In this document: positions 1-8,045 of the stretch, one piece after another
Layout of the letters: every line of letters starts with the position of its first letter
How positions within the stretch are numbered: position 1 is the stretch's first letter
Assembly: GCA_035575675.1 (NCBI GenBank)
Contig: DATLXS010000100.1
Coordinates: forward strand, 30,259 to 94,258
DNA length: 64,000 nucleotides
Source of the DNA: Gemmatimonadales bacterium
Lineage (GTDB): Bacteria; Gemmatimonadota; Gemmatimonadetes; Gemmatimonadales; GWC2-71-9
Direction of reading: 5' to 3'
Notes under the pieces: generated by a model
What the model was told of the DNA's origin: nothing
What the model saw: only the letters and a program-made list of their open reading frames with translations
The model's database searches: none
Program-made: the position numbers and the translations under genes

Positions 1-1
1 C

Positions 2-2242
2 GGAGCCGGATCGGTCATCGTCTGGGATCGGGGCGTGTGGGTGCCGCTCGAGGACGTGCGGGAAGGATTCGCAAAAGGGAAACTGCTGTTCGACTTGAAG
101 GGCTACAAGCTGCGCGGCCGCTGGACGTTGATCAAACTGAAAAAGACCGACAAGGAATGGCTCCTGATCAAGGAGCGCGACCAATACGTCTCGACCGAGC
201 CGTACACGAACGAGTCCGTGCTCTCGGGGCTCACCAACGACGAGCTGCGGAACGCGACGCAGCGTGCCGAGCCGATCAAGAAGGAGCTCGGCAAACTGGG
301 CGCGCCGCAGCGCGCGCTCAGGCTGGAGGACACCGAGCTGATGCTCGCCGAAACGCGCGCCGAGCCGTTTTCCAAGCCGGGCTGGGTCTTCGAGGTCAAG
401 CTCGACGGTTACCGCATGCGTGCCGCGTGCGAGGACGGCGCGCCGAGGCTGTACTCGCGCAAAGGGCTCGATTACGCCGAGGCGTTTCCGGAGATCGCCC
501 GCGCCGTGAAGGCGATCCCGTTCGCGGGTGTGATTCTGGACGGCGAGCTGGTCGTCTTGAACGACGCCGGCCACCCGAGTTTCTCCAAGCTCCAGGTCCG
601 CGCCAAGCTCGGCGCGCGGGAGGCGAAGCGCGCCGCGATCGAGTCACCCGCCACGCTGTACGTGTTCGATGTGCTCGGCTTCGAGGGCTACGATCTGCGC
701 AAGCTGCCGCTGGTCACGCGCAAGGAGATTTTGCGGAAGGTGCTGCCCCAGACCGGCCCGCTCCGCTATTCGGAGCACTTCGAGAAGAACGGGGAGGCGC
801 TGTACGAGCAGGTCGTGACGCTGGGGCTCGAAGGCATCGTCGCCAAGAAGGCGGACAGCCCCTATCGCGACGGCCGCTCCGGCGACTGGCTCAAGATTCG
901 CGCCGACCGCATGGACGACTTTCTGGTCGTCGGGTTCTCGAAACCCAAGGGCTCCCGGGGCGGCTTCGGCGCGCTCCACGTCGGCGCGTACCAAGACGGC
1001 ACGCTGATCTACTGTGGCCGGGCCGGATCAGGATTCAGTGGCGAGCAGATCGACGAGATCAGTGCTGAGCTCGCGGCGTTGGTACGCGCGACGCCACCGT
1101 GCGAGCCCCCCAAGCACGGCGCGCTCCCCAAGGGCCCCGATCACACCTGGGTCGAGCCGAAGCTCGTGTGCGACGTACGGTACAAGGAGTTCACGCCTGA
1201 TGGCTTGCTGCGGCAATCGGTCTTTGTGCGCTTTCGAGATGATAAAAAACCTGAAGATGTGGTGATGCCTGGAGCGCAGGGAGATGGGAGAAGGGAGATG
1301 GACTCTCTGGAGCCACCGCAACGTACATCTCCCATCTCCCCTCTTCCAAGAGAGGTGAAGTTTTCCAACCTCGATAAAATTTTTTGGCCGGAGGAGAAGT
1401 ACACAAAAGGCGACCTCATCGAGTACTACAGGTCGATGGCGCCCTGGCTGCTGCCGTATCTCAAGGACCGCCCCGTCGTCCTCACCCGGTATCCCGACGG
1501 CATCAACGGCAAGTCCTTCTATCAGAAAGACGCGCCAGGCTTCGTGCCGGAGTGGATCCAGACAATCCCGATCTGGAGCGAGGACACGCAGCGCGATATC
1601 CAGTACTTCGTATGCAACGATGTCGAGACGCTGGTCTACCTCGTCAACCTCGGCACGATTCCGCTGCACATGTGGATGAGCCGCATCGAGGATCTCACGA
1701 AGCCCGATTGGTGCCTGATCGATCTGGACCCCAAAGACGCGCCGTTCGCGCACGTCATCACGCTCGCGCAGACGATGCGGACGCTGTGTGAAGACGTCGA
1801 CATGCCGGCGTTCATCAAGACGACCGGAAAGTCTGGTCTGCATATCATGCTGCCGCTCGGTCGCCAGCTGACGTACGCGCAATGCCTGCAGCTGGCGATC
1901 CTGTTTGCGCGGCTCGTCACCGATCAGCACCCCGACATCGCGACGACGGCGCGCACGATCAGCAAGCGCGACGGCAAGGTCTACGTCGACGCCTTCCAGA
2001 ACCGCGCCGGCCAGTTGATGGTCGCGCCCTACAGCGTTCGTCCGTCGCCGGGCGCGCCGGTGTCGATGCCGATCGAATGGGATGAGGTGGGTGGGAAGCT
2101 CCACAACAGCAACTTCACGATCGTCAACGCGCTGAAGCGCATGCAGAAGCTCGGCTCCGATCCCGTCGTCAAAGTCCTCGAGGTGAAACCCAAGCTCATG
2201 GGCGTCCTCGAACGCCTGAACGATCGCCTTGCCGAACACTGA
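2..2242 (+). CDS. ligD: ATP-dependent DNA ligase LigD (NHEJ), 5'-truncated at window edge; end of phosphoesterase module + ligase + primase-polymerase domains
   Basis: The frame is open from nt 2 (GAGSVIVWDRGVW...LFDLKGYKLRGRWTLIKL, resembling the end of the LigD 3'-phosphoesterase module). Adenylation motif FEVKLDGYR is present. The C-terminal half resembles the LigD polymerase domain (LDKIFWPEEKYTKGDLIEYY, TGKSGLHI). Confidence 0.9.
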   Translation, partial: GAGSVIVWDRGVWVPLEDVREGFAKGKLLFDLKGYKLRGRWTLIKLKKTDKEWLLIKERDQYVSTEPYTNESVLSGLTNDELRNATQRAEPIKKELGKLGAPQRALRLEDTELMLAETRAEPFSKPGWVFEVKLDGYRMRAACEDGAPRLYSRKGLDYAEAFPEIARAVKAIPFAGVILDGELVVLNDAGHPSFSKLQVRAKLGAREAKRAAIESPATLYVFDVLGFEGYDLRKLPLVTRKEILRKVLPQTGPLRYSEHFEKNGEALYEQVVTLGLEGIVAKKADSPYRDGRSGDWLKIRADRMDDFLVVGFSKPKGSRGGFGALHVGAYQDGTLIYCGRAGSGFSGEQIDEISAELAALVRATPPCEPPKHGALPKGPDHTWVEPKLVCDVRYKEFTPDGLLRQSVFVRFRDDKKPEDVVMPGAQGDGRREMDSLEPPQRTSPISPLPREVKFSNLDKIFWPEEKYTKGDLIEYYRSMAPWLLPYLKDRPVVLTRYPDGINGKSFYQKDAPGFVPEWIQTIPIWSEDTQRDIQYFVCNDVETLVYLVNLGTIPLHMWMSRIEDLTKPDWCLIDLDPKDAPFAHVITLAQTMRTLCEDVDMPAFIKTTGKSGLHIMLPLGRQLTYAQCLQLAILFARLVTDQHPDIATTARTISKRDGKVYVDAFQNRAGQLMVAPYSVRPSPGAPVSMPIEWDEVGGKLHNSNFTIVNALKRMQKLGSDPVVKVLEVKPKLMGVLERLNDRLAEH
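1279..1347. repeat. 22-bp imperfect inverted repeat inside the LigD interdomain linker
   Basis: GGGAGATGGGAGAAGGGAGATG ... CATCTCCCATCTCCCCTCTTCC (19/22 complementary, 25-nt spacer), in a locally low-GC stretch. Confidence 0.8.
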
Positions 2243-2867
2243 CGACGGCATGCTGGTTCGGCCGCACGATGCGCGCCTGCTGTACGTGCTCGCGCATGGA
2301 GCGGGGGCGGGCATGCGACACCATTTTCTCGCGCAGGCGGCCGACGCCTTCGCGGCGCGCGGCATCGCGACCTACCGGTACGAATTTCCGTATATGCAGG
2401 CCGGAAAGAGCCGCCCCGATCCGCCGGGGGTCGCGGAGGCGGCCGTGCGTGCGGCCGTCGTCGCGGCAGCGCGTCGCGCACCGGAATTGCCGCTTATCGC
2501 CGGTGGCAAGTCGTTTGGCGGGCGTATGACGTCGCAGGCACAGGCGCGTGAACCGTTACCGGACGTGCGCGGCCTCGTTTTCCTTGGCTTTCCGCTGCAT
2601 GCCCCCGGCCGTCCCGGGACGGCTCGCGCCGAGCATTTAGCGTCTGTTAAAGTGCCGATGTTATTCCTGCAGGGGACGCACGATGAATTTGCGCAGCTCG
2701 ATTTGCTGCAAGAGGTGGTGACAAAGCTTGGCGATCGCGCCACGCTGCATCTGATCGACGAGGGCGATCATTCGTTCAAGGTCCCCAAGCGCACCGGCAA
2801 GACCGAAAGCGACGTAATGAACGAGCTCGCTGACACAGTTTCCGAATGGACGGCGAAACATGCCTAA
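2229..2867 (+). CDS. alpha/beta-fold hydrolase (COG3571 / KANL3-Tex30-like predicted hydrolase)
   Basis: Motifs LAHGAGAGM, YEFPYM, nucleophile elbow GGKSFGGR, FLGFPLH and LFLQGTHDEF. The ORF overlaps the ligD stop by 14 nt. An alternative ATG lies at 2250. Confidence 0.75.
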   Translation: MPNTDDGMLVRPHDARLLYVLAHGAGAGMRHHFLAQAADAFAARGIATYRYEFPYMQAGKSRPDPPGVAEAAVRAAVVAAARRAPELPLIAGGKSFGGRMTSQAQAREPLPDVRGLVFLGFPLHAPGRPGTARAEHLASVKVPMLFLQGTHDEFAQLDLLQEVVTKLGDRATLHLIDEGDHSFKVPKRTGKTESDVMNELADTVSEWTAKHA

Positions 2868-3276
2868 CTACTGGTTGGTAAAGACCGAGCCGAGCACGTA
2901 CAGCTACGACCATCTCGAGCGCGCGACGACAGCGGTCTGGGACGGCGTCAAGAATCCGGTGGCGCTGCGGAACCTCAGGTCGATGCATCCGGGCGATCAG
3001 GTGTTCGTCTATCACACCGGCGACGAGAAAGCCGTCGTGGGACTGGCGACCGTCGTGTCGGCGCCGTACGCAGATCCCAAGAAGAACGACCCGAAGCTGT
3101 TCGTGATCGACCTCAAGGCGAGCCGCCGCCTGCCGCGCGCGGTGACGCTGGCGCAGATCAAGGCGGACAAGACGTTTGCGGACCTGCCGATTGTAAAACA
3201 GGGGCGCCTGTCGGTGAGTCCCGTGACGGCGCCCCAGTGGAAACGGGTGTTGCAACTCGGTGGCGCGGACGACTAG
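2860..3276 (+). CDS. EVE (PUA-like) domain protein
   Basis: MPNYWLVKTEPSTYSYDHLE...WDGVKNPVALRNLRSMHPGDQVFVYHTG is typical of the EVE / thymocyte nuclear protein 1 family. The ORF overlaps the upstream gene by 8 nt. Confidence 0.8.
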   Translation: MPNYWLVKTEPSTYSYDHLERATTAVWDGVKNPVALRNLRSMHPGDQVFVYHTGDEKAVVGLATVVSAPYADPKKNDPKLFVIDLKASRRLPRAVTLAQIKADKTFADLPIVKQGRLSVSPVTAPQWKRVLQLGGADD

Positions 3277-3554
3277 TGCTTTTTCCTGACCCTGCGGCCA
3301 CGCCCGTTGGCCCGGGCCGAAGCGATACCGGCCGCGATGCCGGCGACGATCGCCGCGCGGCCGGCTGCCTTCAGCACCCTCCCGGTGCGTCGCAACGCGG
3401 CCTTGATGCGTTGCTGCCGTTGCTCTGACTTGACGCGCTTCTGCGCTTCCTTCAGCAACCGGTCGGCTTCGCGAGCGGCAGTCTCCGCCCACTTCCTGGC
3501 CGTTCGGGCTGTCTTGACCGCTGCCGTCTTGAACCGCTCCGTGCGTGAAGCCAT
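3273..3554 (-). CDS. small basic helical protein with C-terminal hydrophobic helix (hypothetical)
   Basis: The internal ATG at 3554 is preceded by GAGGAGGA. The longer 152-aa version would overlap the neighbouring gene. A hydrophobic segment AAIVAGIAAGIA is present. Confidence 0.5.
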   Translation of the reverse strand: MASRTERFKTAAVKTARTARKWAETAAREADRLLKEAQKRVKSEQRQQRIKAALRRTGRVLKAAGRAAIVAGIAAGIASARANGRGRRVRKKH

Positions 3555-3586
3555 TTGAGTCCTCCTCGGGCTGGAGCTTCGGCTCT

Positions 3587-4483
3587 TCAGACCCCACTGC
3601 CGCCAATAGGAGCCGTCAGGGTCCGCCGCCGCCGCACCACGAGCCAGGCTGCGGCCGCGATAAGCCCAAGTGGCAGGACGACGCCGAGCGATTGCACGGC
3701 CAGGGACGCGAGCACGACGAAGTTGCGCCACGCCTGCGTGAATGCTTCTCCCATGACGCTCTTCCCGGCGGTCCCCACGACCGGCAGCGGCTCGTGGACG
3801 CTCACGCGGAGCGTGCTCATGGCGGTGTGGGCCTTGAGATAGCGGATCCGCCCCTCGTAGCGGTCGATCTCTTCGCGGACGCGGGCGAGCTCCCGCTCGA
3901 CGTCCAACACATCCTTGAGTTTGCCGGTACGCGTCGCGAGCAGGTCGATGAGCCGGCGCTCGAGCCGCCCGGCGTTGTCCATGCGCGCGGTGACGTCGAC
4001 AAACTCTTCGCCCACATCCTCGGCGTCGACGTTCACCGACTCCAGCTTTCCGATCGGCGTCAATCCCGACAGCGCTTCGTCGAACCGCGCGGCCGGGATC
4101 TTCAGCTCGATCTCGGCCTGGCGCAGCTGATTCTTGCCGGTCTCGATGCCTGAGCTGGCCACGTAGCCGCCCAGCCGCGTCGCCAGCAACCGCACCTGCA
4201 CAATCGCCGGCTGCACCGAATCGACTTCGACGGATGCCGTCGCGGTGCGGATGATCATGTTCGTCGGCATCTCGGGCAGGGGCGGCGTCGCCGCATCGTC
4301 GGGAATGCGTGATTGCTCGACCGCGGCAAGCGCCGGCGCCGGGCGGCTTGCCGTAGCGCGCTGCGCCTGCGCTTGCGCTCCCCGACCGGAGTAGAGGAAG
4401 TATCCGTCACTCGGTGCCGGGGCTTCTGTGGTGCATCCGACCAACAAAGCTGCGACAAGCACGATCAGGGACCGACGTCTCAT
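3587..4483 (-). CDS. DUF4349-like lipoprotein
   Basis: MRRRSLIVLVAALLVGC gives a signal peptide and lipobox. The coiled-coil middle region and C-terminal TM helix match the DUF4349 layout. Confidence 0.7.
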   Translation of the reverse strand: MRRRSLIVLVAALLVGCTTEAPAPSDGYFLYSGRGAQAQAQRATASRPAPALAAVEQSRIPDDAATPPLPEMPTNMIIRTATASVEVDSVQPAIVQVRLLATRLGGYVASSGIETGKNQLRQAEIELKIPAARFDEALSGLTPIGKLESVNVDAEDVGEEFVDVTARMDNAGRLERRLIDLLATRTGKLKDVLDVERELARVREEIDRYEGRIRYLKAHTAMSTLRVSVHEPLPVVGTAGKSVMGEAFTQAWRNFVVLASLAVQSLGVVLPLGLIAAAAWLVVRRRRTLTAPIGGSGV

Positions 4484-4602
4484 GGTAACGCTCCGGTGGG
4501 AGGACTGTCCCAAAGAGACGGCGCTCACATGGCACCTTGCACAGCCTTCCATGAGATCTGGAGCACGGAAACATGACGATTCGGTAAACGTAGATTTCCC
4601 AT

Positions 4603-5358
4603 ATGGATGGGATCGCGGTAAAGCTCGAGCGGCTCAAGCGCGAAGCGCAGAAGGAATGGAAGCGAAAGTGGCGCAAGAAGGTGCGGCAGGCCGCACCGGC
4701 GTCCGCGGCCGAATGGCGCGCGCTCGCCGGCGAGGTGGTCCGCGCGCTCCTCAAGATCGCGTTGATCATCGCGCTGCCGTTCGCGGTATTGGTGCGTGGG
4801 TCGGTGTTCTTCTACGAACACGGCACGACCTCCGTCTGGCTCGCGCTCCTCACCGCGGCGATCCTGACCTGTGCCGTCGTGACAGCCTACGCCGTGTGGC
4901 TCGCCCGCAAATTCACGAGGCGCGGGGGGCGCGGCGGCCGCGCGTTGATCATCCCGCTCGCGAAATGGGTGGCGCTACCGCTGGTCGTCTTCTACTGCGG
5001 GTATTCGCTGGTCTACATCGCCAGCGTTCACGCGAAATCGCCGCCGGTGCGGGCCTATTACGGGTCGCTGCATCCCCTGCTGCGCCTGGCGCTGTCCACG
5101 CTGATTCTGGTCGACCGCAACATGCTGATCACCGATTCCGGCCGTCTGCCGGAGGACTATGGCCGGATGGGTCTGCCGGCCAACAGTCGCACCCGGCACT
5201 ACAAGCAGGCCGACGGCTGGATCCACGCGGTCGATCTCCGGACCACGGGCCGCGGCGTCATCAAGAACCGCGGCGTGCAGTTCTACTTCTGGTTGATGGG
5301 ATTCGATACCCGGCGCCACGTCGGCACCGCCGATCACCTGCACGTGGAGTTGAACTAA
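4603..5358 (+). CDS. membrane protein with C-terminal LAS/peptidase-M15-like signature (hypothetical)
   Basis: About 4 hydrophobic helices are followed by SRTRHYKQADGWIHAVDL...HVGTADHLHVEL. This resembles the H..D...H Zn-ligand pattern of M15/YcbK-type peptidases. Confidence 0.55.
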   Translation: MDGIAVKLERLKREAQKEWKRKWRKKVRQAAPASAAEWRALAGEVVRALLKIALIIALPFAVLVRGSVFFYEHGTTSVWLALLTAAILTCAVVTAYAVWLARKFTRRGGRGGRALIIPLAKWVALPLVVFYCGYSLVYIASVHAKSPPVRAYYGSLHPLLRLALSTLILVDRNMLITDSGRLPEDYGRMGLPANSRTRHYKQADGWIHAVDLRTTGRGVIKNRGVQFYFWLMGFDTRRHVGTADHLHVELN

Positions 5359-6170
5359 GCGAATAGCTGCTGCAGCTCGGCGAACGGAATCCCGTACGCC
5401 TCCAGCGTTCCGTATGTCCCTTTGTCCCTCCATTCGCGCGCCATCCGGCGTACCAGGCCCAGCGTCGCGCGCATCGGCGCCGACCCAAACGTTACGCGCC
5501 GCACGCCCAATGCCGCCATTTCCTTGAGTGTCGGCGCGTTGGGGGTGCCGAGGACGTTGAGGGGTGCGCGAATCTGCCGCACGAGCTGCTCGATCGTGCC
5601 CGAGTCGCCGACAAACGGCACGAACACCGAATCGGCCCCCGCTTCGCGAAACGCGTTGCCGCGCCGCACCGCCTCGGCGAGGCGTTTGTCGCGCGGAATC
5701 TCGGGGGCTTCGAACGCGTCGGTTCGGGCGTTGAGCACGAGCGGAACACCGGTCGCATCGGCGGCCTGCCGCGCGGCCCGCACGCGCTCGACGGCGGGTG
5801 CGAAATCGATCAGATGTTTCTCTTCCATTCGGTCTTCGAGATTCATCCCCACCGCGCCCGCATCGATCGCACGACGCACCGTCTCGCGGACGGCGTCGGG
5901 CGTTGCGCCGTAGCCCGCTTCCAAATCCGCGGTGATCGGAGCGGAAATCCGCCGTGTGATGCGGGCGACCGCCGCGAGCATCTCATCGCGACTGATGCGC
6001 TCGCCGTCGGGCATGCCCAGGCTGAACGCGATTCCCGCGCTCGTTGTCGCAAGGGCCTTGAACCCCGCCTCCACGAAGATCCTGGCGCTGCCGGCGTCCC
6101 ACGCGTTCGGGAGGACGAGCATCGGCCCGTCGATGTGGAGCCGCCTGAGCGTCTCGGCCTTTTCGCGCAT
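5355..6170 (-). CDS. isocitrate lyase / PEP mutase family enzyme (2-methylisocitrate lyase or carboxy-PEP mutase-like)
   Basis: MREKAETLRRLH..LVLPNAWDAGSARIFVEAGFKALATTSAG...ADLEAGYG. Start set at ATG 6170; upstream of it the ORF is Arg/Pro-rich. Confidence 0.8.
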   Translation of the reverse strand: MREKAETLRRLHIDGPMLVLPNAWDAGSARIFVEAGFKALATTSAGIAFSLGMPDGERISRDEMLAAVARITRRISAPITADLEAGYGATPDAVRETVRRAIDAGAVGMNLEDRMEEKHLIDFAPAVERVRAARQAADATGVPLVLNARTDAFEAPEIPRDKRLAEAVRRGNAFREAGADSVFVPFVGDSGTIEQLVRQIRAPLNVLGTPNAPTLKEMAALGVRRVTFGSAPMRATLGLVRRMAREWRDKGTYGTLEAYGIPFAELQQLFA

Positions 6171-6178
6171 GTGCGGGT

Positions 6179-7327
6179 ATGTTATCCGATCCTCGAGCGG
6201 AGTCAAAGGCGATGCCTCTTGCGGTCCTCGTCCTTCTTTCCTTGCAGCAGCCTGCGTGCGTCTCGCGGCCAGCCAAACTTCCTGCAGTCGCGGAGCGCTG
6301 GGCGGCGGCACGCGCCCGTGCGCACGCCATCGCCTGCGAGAAGCTCGTGCCCAACATCCCCGGCTTCGCGTTGGCCGTGGCAGTAGACGGGCGCATCGTG
6401 TGGTCGGAAGCGTTCGGCTACGCGAACCTGGCGACGCACCGCCCGGCAACGGCGGCGACGCAGTTCCGGATCGGGAGCGTCTCGAAGCCGCTGACCGCCG
6501 ACGCCGTCGCGCAGCTGTACGAGCAGCGGAAACTGGACCTCGACGCGCCCATACAGCGCTACGTGCCGACCTTTCCCGAGAAAGGTGGTGTCATCACCAC
6601 GCGGCTGCTCGGCGGCCACCTGGCGGGGATCAGGCACTACCAGGGAAACGAGTTCCTGCTCAATCAACCATACGCGACGGTCACCGCGGGCCTAGCGGTT
6701 TTTCAGAACGATCCACTCGTCGCGCCGCCTGGGACGCGCTACTCGTACTCGACGTTCGGATTCAATCTCATCAGCGCGGTGGTGGAGGGAGCGTCCGGAC
6801 AGCAGTTCCTGGCGTACATGAGCCGGCACGTCTTCCAGCCGCTGAGGATGAGTAGTACCGCGCCGGATCGAAACGACAGTCTGATCCCGAATCGCACGCG
6901 ATTCTATGAGCGCGCCAAGTCGGGCGAGTTCGTGCCGGCGCCGACGGTGAATAACAGCTACAAATGGGCGGGTGGCGGGTTTCTCTCCACTGCCGAGGAC
7001 TTGGTGCGCTTCGGGTCGGCGCATCTCGCGCCCGGGTATCTGCAGGCCGCGACACTCGACCTGCTGTTCACCCCGCAGCGCACCTCGTCGGGGGAAACAA
7101 CTCCCTATGGGATCGGCTGGTTCGTGGCGACGGACACGCTCGGGCACCGCACCGTTTTCCATGGGGGCAGCTCGATCGGTGGCACGACGGTTTTCGGCGT
7201 GGACCGCGATTCGCGAGTGGTGATCGCCTTGGTGACCAATCTCAGCGACGCGCGAGTCGACGCGGCGGAGGAAATCAGACTGGTGTTCGACTCGGCCGCG
7301 ACCCGGCCGCCGCCGGCGCGGCCTTAG
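6179..7327 (+). CDS. serine hydrolase, beta-lactamase/PBP4*-like family
   Basis: SxxK motif in FRIGSVSKPLTA, with an N-terminal signal-like segment. An alternative ATG at 6212 has GGAG upstream. Confidence 0.8.
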   Translation: MLSDPRAESKAMPLAVLVLLSLQQPACVSRPAKLPAVAERWAAARARAHAIACEKLVPNIPGFALAVAVDGRIVWSEAFGYANLATHRPATAATQFRIGSVSKPLTADAVAQLYEQRKLDLDAPIQRYVPTFPEKGGVITTRLLGGHLAGIRHYQGNEFLLNQPYATVTAGLAVFQNDPLVAPPGTRYSYSTFGFNLISAVVEGASGQQFLAYMSRHVFQPLRMSSTAPDRNDSLIPNRTRFYERAKSGEFVPAPTVNNSYKWAGGGFLSTAEDLVRFGSAHLAPGYLQAATLDLLFTPQRTSSGETTPYGIGWFVATDTLGHRTVFHGGSSIGGTTVFGVDRDSRVVIALVTNLSDARVDAAEEIRLVFDSAATRPPPARP

Positions 7328-7328
7328 G

Positions 7329-8045
7329 TTACCTCGCCAGGCGGTAGCCGGTTTTGCGAACCGTGAGAATATGCCTGGGGTTGGCGGGATCGCGCTCGAG
7401 CTTGCGGCGGAGCTCGGCAACGTGCGTGTCCACGGTGCGACTCATCACCTCGGCACTGTAGCCCCAGACTTCCGTGAGCAGCTCGGTGCGTGTGATACAG
7501 GCGCCGTCGCGCCGGATCAGCGCGAGGAGGAGATCGTACTCCTTGGGCGTCAGCGCCACCGGCGAGCTGTCGCGCAACACCGTCCGCGACGGCGTGAGCA
7601 CCTCGATATCGCCGAACTTTTCGAACGGCGGCGCGGGCGGTCCGCCGTTCCGCTTCGGCGCCACGACGCGTCGGAGCAGCGCCTCGATGCGTGCCAGCAG
7701 CTCGAGTACGCCGAACGGCTTGGTCACGTAATCGTCCGCACCGAGGCGGAGACCGCGGACCTTGTCCGCCTCTTCGCCGCGGGCGGTGAGGATGAGTACC
7801 GGCATGCCGTGCCCGTCTTCGCGCAGCGCACGCAGCACCCGGAAGCCATCCATCCCCGGCAGCATCAGGTCGAGCACCACGAGGTCGGGATTCGCACTGC
7901 GCGCGCGGGACAGACCCTTCGTCCCGTCCTTCGCGACTTCGACCTCGTAGCCCTCGATCTCGAGATTATTGCGCAATCCGTACGCGAGATCGGGATTGTC
8001 CTCGATGACGAGAATCCGCCTGGGTCCGATCGCGGACGCGATCAT
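7329..8045 (-). CDS. OmpR-family response regulator
   Basis: Receiver domain (ILVIEDN, LVVLDLMLPGMDG, ILTARG, KPF) plus a winged-helix output (LTPKEYDLLLAL..GYRL). Confidence 0.9.
   Translation of the reverse strand: MIASAIGPRRILVIEDNPDLAYGLRNNLEIEGYEVEVAKDGTKGLSRARSANPDLVVLDLMLPGMDGFRVLRALREDGHGMPVLILTARGEEADKVRGLRLGADDYVTKPFGVLELLARIEALLRRVVAPKRNGGPPAPPFEKFGDIEVLTPSRTVLRDSSPVALTPKEYDLLLALIRRDGACITRTELLTEVWGYSAEVMSRTVDTHVAELRRKLERDPANPRHILTVRKTGYRLAR

Noticed and set aside
1028-2365. 445-aa minus-strand ORF
   Set aside because: It is antisense to ligD and has shadow-frame composition.
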